A stretch of 64,000 bases of DNA from an uncultured Nitrososphaerota archaeon (GTDB taxonomy: Archaea; Thermoproteota; Nitrososphaeria; Nitrososphaerales; CADDZS01), in NCBI GenBank assembly GCA_963799845.1, contig CAWCYI010000006.1, positions 768,001 through 832,000 on the forward strand, given 5' to 3'. Of this stretch, positions 61,018 to 64,000 are shown one piece after another; within the stretch, counting starts at the first letter, position 1; each line of letters starts with the position of its first letter. A program made the translations under genes and the position numbers. The notes below the pieces were generated by a model. That model saw nothing but the letters and a program-made list of their open reading frames with translations, made no database searches and was not told the origin of the DNA.

Positions 61018-62247
61018 TTGCAGAAGCCGAAGAGTGATTCAACAAGGAGTCTTCTCGGCACCTCTATCGGTCATTTCTTGAACGATGGAGCAAACAATCT
61101 CTTCCCGGTCGTTTACCCGGTCCTGCTCAGCTCCTATCACGTGTCGCTACAGGTCATAGGAGTGCTCGCTGCGCTTTACAGCATCTCCTCTATGGTTTCA
61201 AGCCCGTTCATCGGAAGGAGGTCCGATTACAACCGGAGTTATCTCCGATTGATCCCGCTCGGACTCATCGTCATCGCGTTCGGAATCCTGGGATTTGCAC
61301 TCTCGATTGCATTTTTCCCCGGGAATCTCCTGTATTTTGGACTGGTCTTGTTCACGCTCGTTGCTGGTTTCGGGAGTTCGTTTTACCATCCGCTGGCTGC
61401 GGCCATTCTTAATGAAACGTGGTCGTTGGATAGCAGGGGACGCGCAATGGGGATCAACGGGTCGATGGGGGGTGTGGGAACGCTCGTTTTCCCAATCATT
61501 ACGGTCGGCTTGATCGTCCTGTACGGAGTGAAATCATTGAGCCTGATTGCGATCGCGTTCATCCTAGTTGCAATCGTGATCTACTCGATAATGCGGAGGA
61601 TGACCGTGGCTCCCGATTATGAGAAGAGGATGGAAGCCACCGAGAAGAGGATATCTTCGAGCGTACCACTTCGAGTTGTTTTGCCTTCAATACTTGCGCT
61701 TACCCTTGCAGGTTTTTTCAGGAGCACGATGACACAAGGGGTGATCAATTTTCTGCCGACCTATCTTACGACCGTGAGCAAGATTCAATATCAGTACGTC
61801 GGTTCCGTGCAGGTCGCCTATTCTTTTTTTGCGATAGTCGGTCAGCCGCTGTTCGGCTCGCTTGCGGACCGTTTCGGCCGCCGGCCGATGATAGGAGTTA
61901 CTTGCCTTGGTTGCGTTGGCGCAGTGCTCTTGCTCTCTTTCAGCTCTACCAATTTTTGGCTGACTGAAGTGAGCCTCGGACTGTTAGGGCTTTTTTCTTA
62001 CACCAGCTTTCCTCTGTTTTTGGGTCTCACCGGTCTGATTGCGCCCAAGGGCGGTGTTACTCTGGCTAATTCTTTTGTGTGGGGGTTTGGCATGATAGGC
62101 GGCGGGATCCTGGGTCCCATTTTAGTGGGTGTTCTTTCGGGCCCGTCCTTTCTTGGATCTTTGCATTTATCTTTCCTTCTTCTCGCTGGAGTCGGTGCAA
62201 TTTCGCTCGCCTTCTTGCCGTTCATTCCAAAGCCGAGAAAGACATAG
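61018..62247 (+). CDS. MFS transporter
   Basis: GH..ND, SS.YHP, GSLADRFGRR, about 12 TM. Confidence 0.92.
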   Translation: MQKPKSDSTRSLLGTSIGHFLNDGANNLFPVVYPVLLSSYHVSLQVIGVLAALYSISSMVSSPFIGRRSDYNRSYLRLIPLGLIVIAFGILGFALSIAFFPGNLLYFGLVLFTLVAGFGSSFYHPLAAAILNETWSLDSRGRAMGINGSMGGVGTLVFPIITVGLIVLYGVKSLSLIAIAFILVAIVIYSIMRRMTVAPDYEKRMEATEKRISSSVPLRVVLPSILALTLAGFFRSTMTQGVINFLPTYLTTVSKIQYQYVGSVQVAYSFFAIVGQPLFGSLADRFGRRPMIGVTCLGCVGAVLLLSFSSTNFWLTEVSLGLLGLFSYTSFPLFLGLTGLIAPKGGVTLANSFVWGFGMIGGGILGPILVGVLSGPSFLGSLHLSFLLLAGVGAISLAFLPFIPKPRKT

Positions 62248-62366
62248 CTCATTTGCTTTCACAGATCAGCCATCTCTATCGAATTCTGTACCAGTTAATG
62301 GAGATGAATTTTCTCCCCCGTATTTCCAAACTCATTTATTAGGAAGGGTGGACACGATGGTTCGAT

Positions 62367-63446
62367 TTGAAATCCAGAGCCAGTACGAGTACATCAACAC
62401 TTAGCGATCTTGAAGCGAAGGTGGCGAAAAAGATAATCTCCGAGTCTCTCCGCCTGAAGAAAGGTGAATCCGTCACGGTTGAAACGTGGAACAATGGGTT
62501 TGACCTTGCCCGGAGGTTTGTAATCGAGGCAAGGAAGGTCGGCGCTCATCCTATCATGTTATTCGAGGACGAAGACGCCTATGTGGAGAGCGTAAAGAAT
62601 ACTCCCAAGGATTCGATCGGAAAAATGGGGAGGCACGAATACGAACTTCTTTCAGCTACTGATGCTTACTTCTTCATCCCAAATGAACTCCTTGAAGGCT
62701 ACACCAAGAGGCTCACCCCAGCGGAAGTAGACCAATCTACTGGTTACGGCACATCCTGGTACGAGGCGGCAGAGAAGGCAAAGCTCAGAGGCGCTAGGAT
62801 GAGTTTCGGATTCGCTGGAAAGGAGCTGGCAAAGATGCTCGGGAAGGGACTCGATGACGTGGTGACTCATCAACTGAAAGCTACCCTTGTTGATTTTGAT
62901 TCTCTAAAGAAGACAGGGAAGGAGCTCGAATCGCATTTGCCCAACAACGGTGCTGGTGTACTCACCTCCGGCGGCTCGAAGTTAGAGTTCGAATTTGATG
63001 ATGGGATAAGGATTGAAGATGGGATTGTAGACGAGGATGATATTTCACAGGGACATAACGTAGCCTACTTGCCTCCAGGAATGCTGACAAAGAGTCTGAA
63101 AGTCGATTCAGTGAACGGCAACGTAAAGCTCTCGCCGACGCTGACGTGGCTTGGGGTCGTAAACGACGTCGTTCTTGAATTTGAGAAAGGCAGACTAGTC
63201 AAATGGAGTAGCAAGTCCTCGAAGGAGAGGCTGGATTCTTTGATTAACGATCAACCGGAAAGCAAGAGGAAGATCAGCGAAGTGGTGATAGGACTTAACC
63301 CTCTGGTGCGTTACGGCTATGGCCAGGATAGATTCGTAGCCGGGTCTTTAGGCATCGGCGGTTTGGAATTCACCGGGATGGTAAAGAATGGCACCCTTCG
63401 GGCAGATCAGACAATTCTGGTTGATAAGGGGAAGCTCTTGCATTAA
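62367..63446 (+). CDS. Peptidase M29-like protein
   Basis: SL.LK.GE.V, LP.G, LEFEKG, E..IGLNP; C-terminal HxD not seen. Confidence 0.65.
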   Translation: MKSRASTSTSTLSDLEAKVAKKIISESLRLKKGESVTVETWNNGFDLARRFVIEARKVGAHPIMLFEDEDAYVESVKNTPKDSIGKMGRHEYELLSATDAYFFIPNELLEGYTKRLTPAEVDQSTGYGTSWYEAAEKAKLRGARMSFGFAGKELAKMLGKGLDDVVTHQLKATLVDFDSLKKTGKELESHLPNNGAGVLTSGGSKLEFEFDDGIRIEDGIVDEDDISQGHNVAYLPPGMLTKSLKVDSVNGNVKLSPTLTWLGVVNDVVLEFEKGRLVKWSSKSSKERLDSLINDQPESKRKISEVVIGLNPLVRYGYGQDRFVAGSLGIGGLEFTGMVKNGTLRADQTILVDKGKLLH

Positions 63447-63635
63447 TGACGAATCTCATTCGAAAGCACTGATCCATACTTGGAACATCCGAAAGAATTT
63501 CGTTCGAGTCCTCAGATTTTTGCCGAAGCCTTGAGTCCCTTGTGTCTTTTTCTTATCTTAATCTGAGGCAACACTCGCAGACTCGCTGAGGTCCTTCTGG
63601 GCTACGACATAGACCTATATAGTGCGACACACCTA

Positions 63636-63746
63636 TTACATATTTGAGAAATACATTGCAAACAAGAACATCATTACCAACACCTGTGTCAACAGCAACA
63701 AGACCGATAACCACCATAAAGCAGCGAGTATCTCAGATGTTCTCAA
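63636..63746 (-). CDS. Possible 36-aa single-TM microprotein
   Basis: TTG start, MRTSEILAALWWLSVLLLLTQVLVMMFLFAMYFSNM; TATA-like CTATAA upstream. Confidence 0.35.
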   Translation of the reverse strand: MRTSEILAALWWLSVLLLLTQVLVMMFLFAMYFSNM

Positions 63747-64000
63747 GCTCGGTGAATGATGTTTCAGAGTTTTTGTCCGTTATAGGATTTTAGTTGAGAA
63801 CTCATGAACAATCCATTTCACCATAGTCAGAGTCTAGAGCCATTTAAGCTCCTAGTTCAGTCTAATTCCTCGCGATTGAAAGATATCGTCATGGACAATC
63901 AGAGGTTGTACTTTGCGATGCAAAGCTTTCTGATTCTGTCTCCAGCGAGACAAATACCCCAACTAGGCGGAGTTGGTTTACTCGTTGCAAAGGGAGACGC

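Noticed and set aside
1-64000. rRNA, tRNA, CRISPR array, provirus or defence island
   Set aside because: No such signatures seen by eye; tRNAscan-SE or Infernal would be needed to exclude small RNAs

Overview
Archaeal chromosomal window (thermosome, TFB, aIF-2beta, TRAM proteins, TATA-type promoters, many TTG/GTG starts). Gene content suggests a heterotrophic, non-ammonia-oxidising Nitrososphaerota-like lineage (inference). Layout: 0-4.4 kb PurH C-terminus, rhodanese, a fluoride-riboswitch-led cation:proton antiporter and a GcvH-TusA fusion; 4.5-29 kb a catabolic region with Mo-hydroxylase subunits (two L, one M, one S), an LLM oxidoreductase, a pyridoxamine-pyruvate aminotransferase-like enzyme and transporters, interrupted by an intact IS66; 29-40 kb housekeeping genes plus a solo tnpB element; 40-64 kb surface proteins, glycan enzymes, regulators and vapBC. 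Main leads: (1) two paralogous 47/49-aa zinc-finger microproteins missing from the ORF track, each beside a TRAM gene; (2) a possible archaeal vitamin-B6/pyridine catabolic cluster; (3) the GcvH-TusA fusion lacking the lipoyl lysine; (4) the fluoride riboswitch; (5) a half-size DOHH-like protein. Eight genes are frameshifted, six at or next to AGCT, which looks like a systematic sequencing artefact at a modified motif. No rRNA, tRNA or CRISPR array was seen. All family assignments come from motif recognition by eye; no searches were run.
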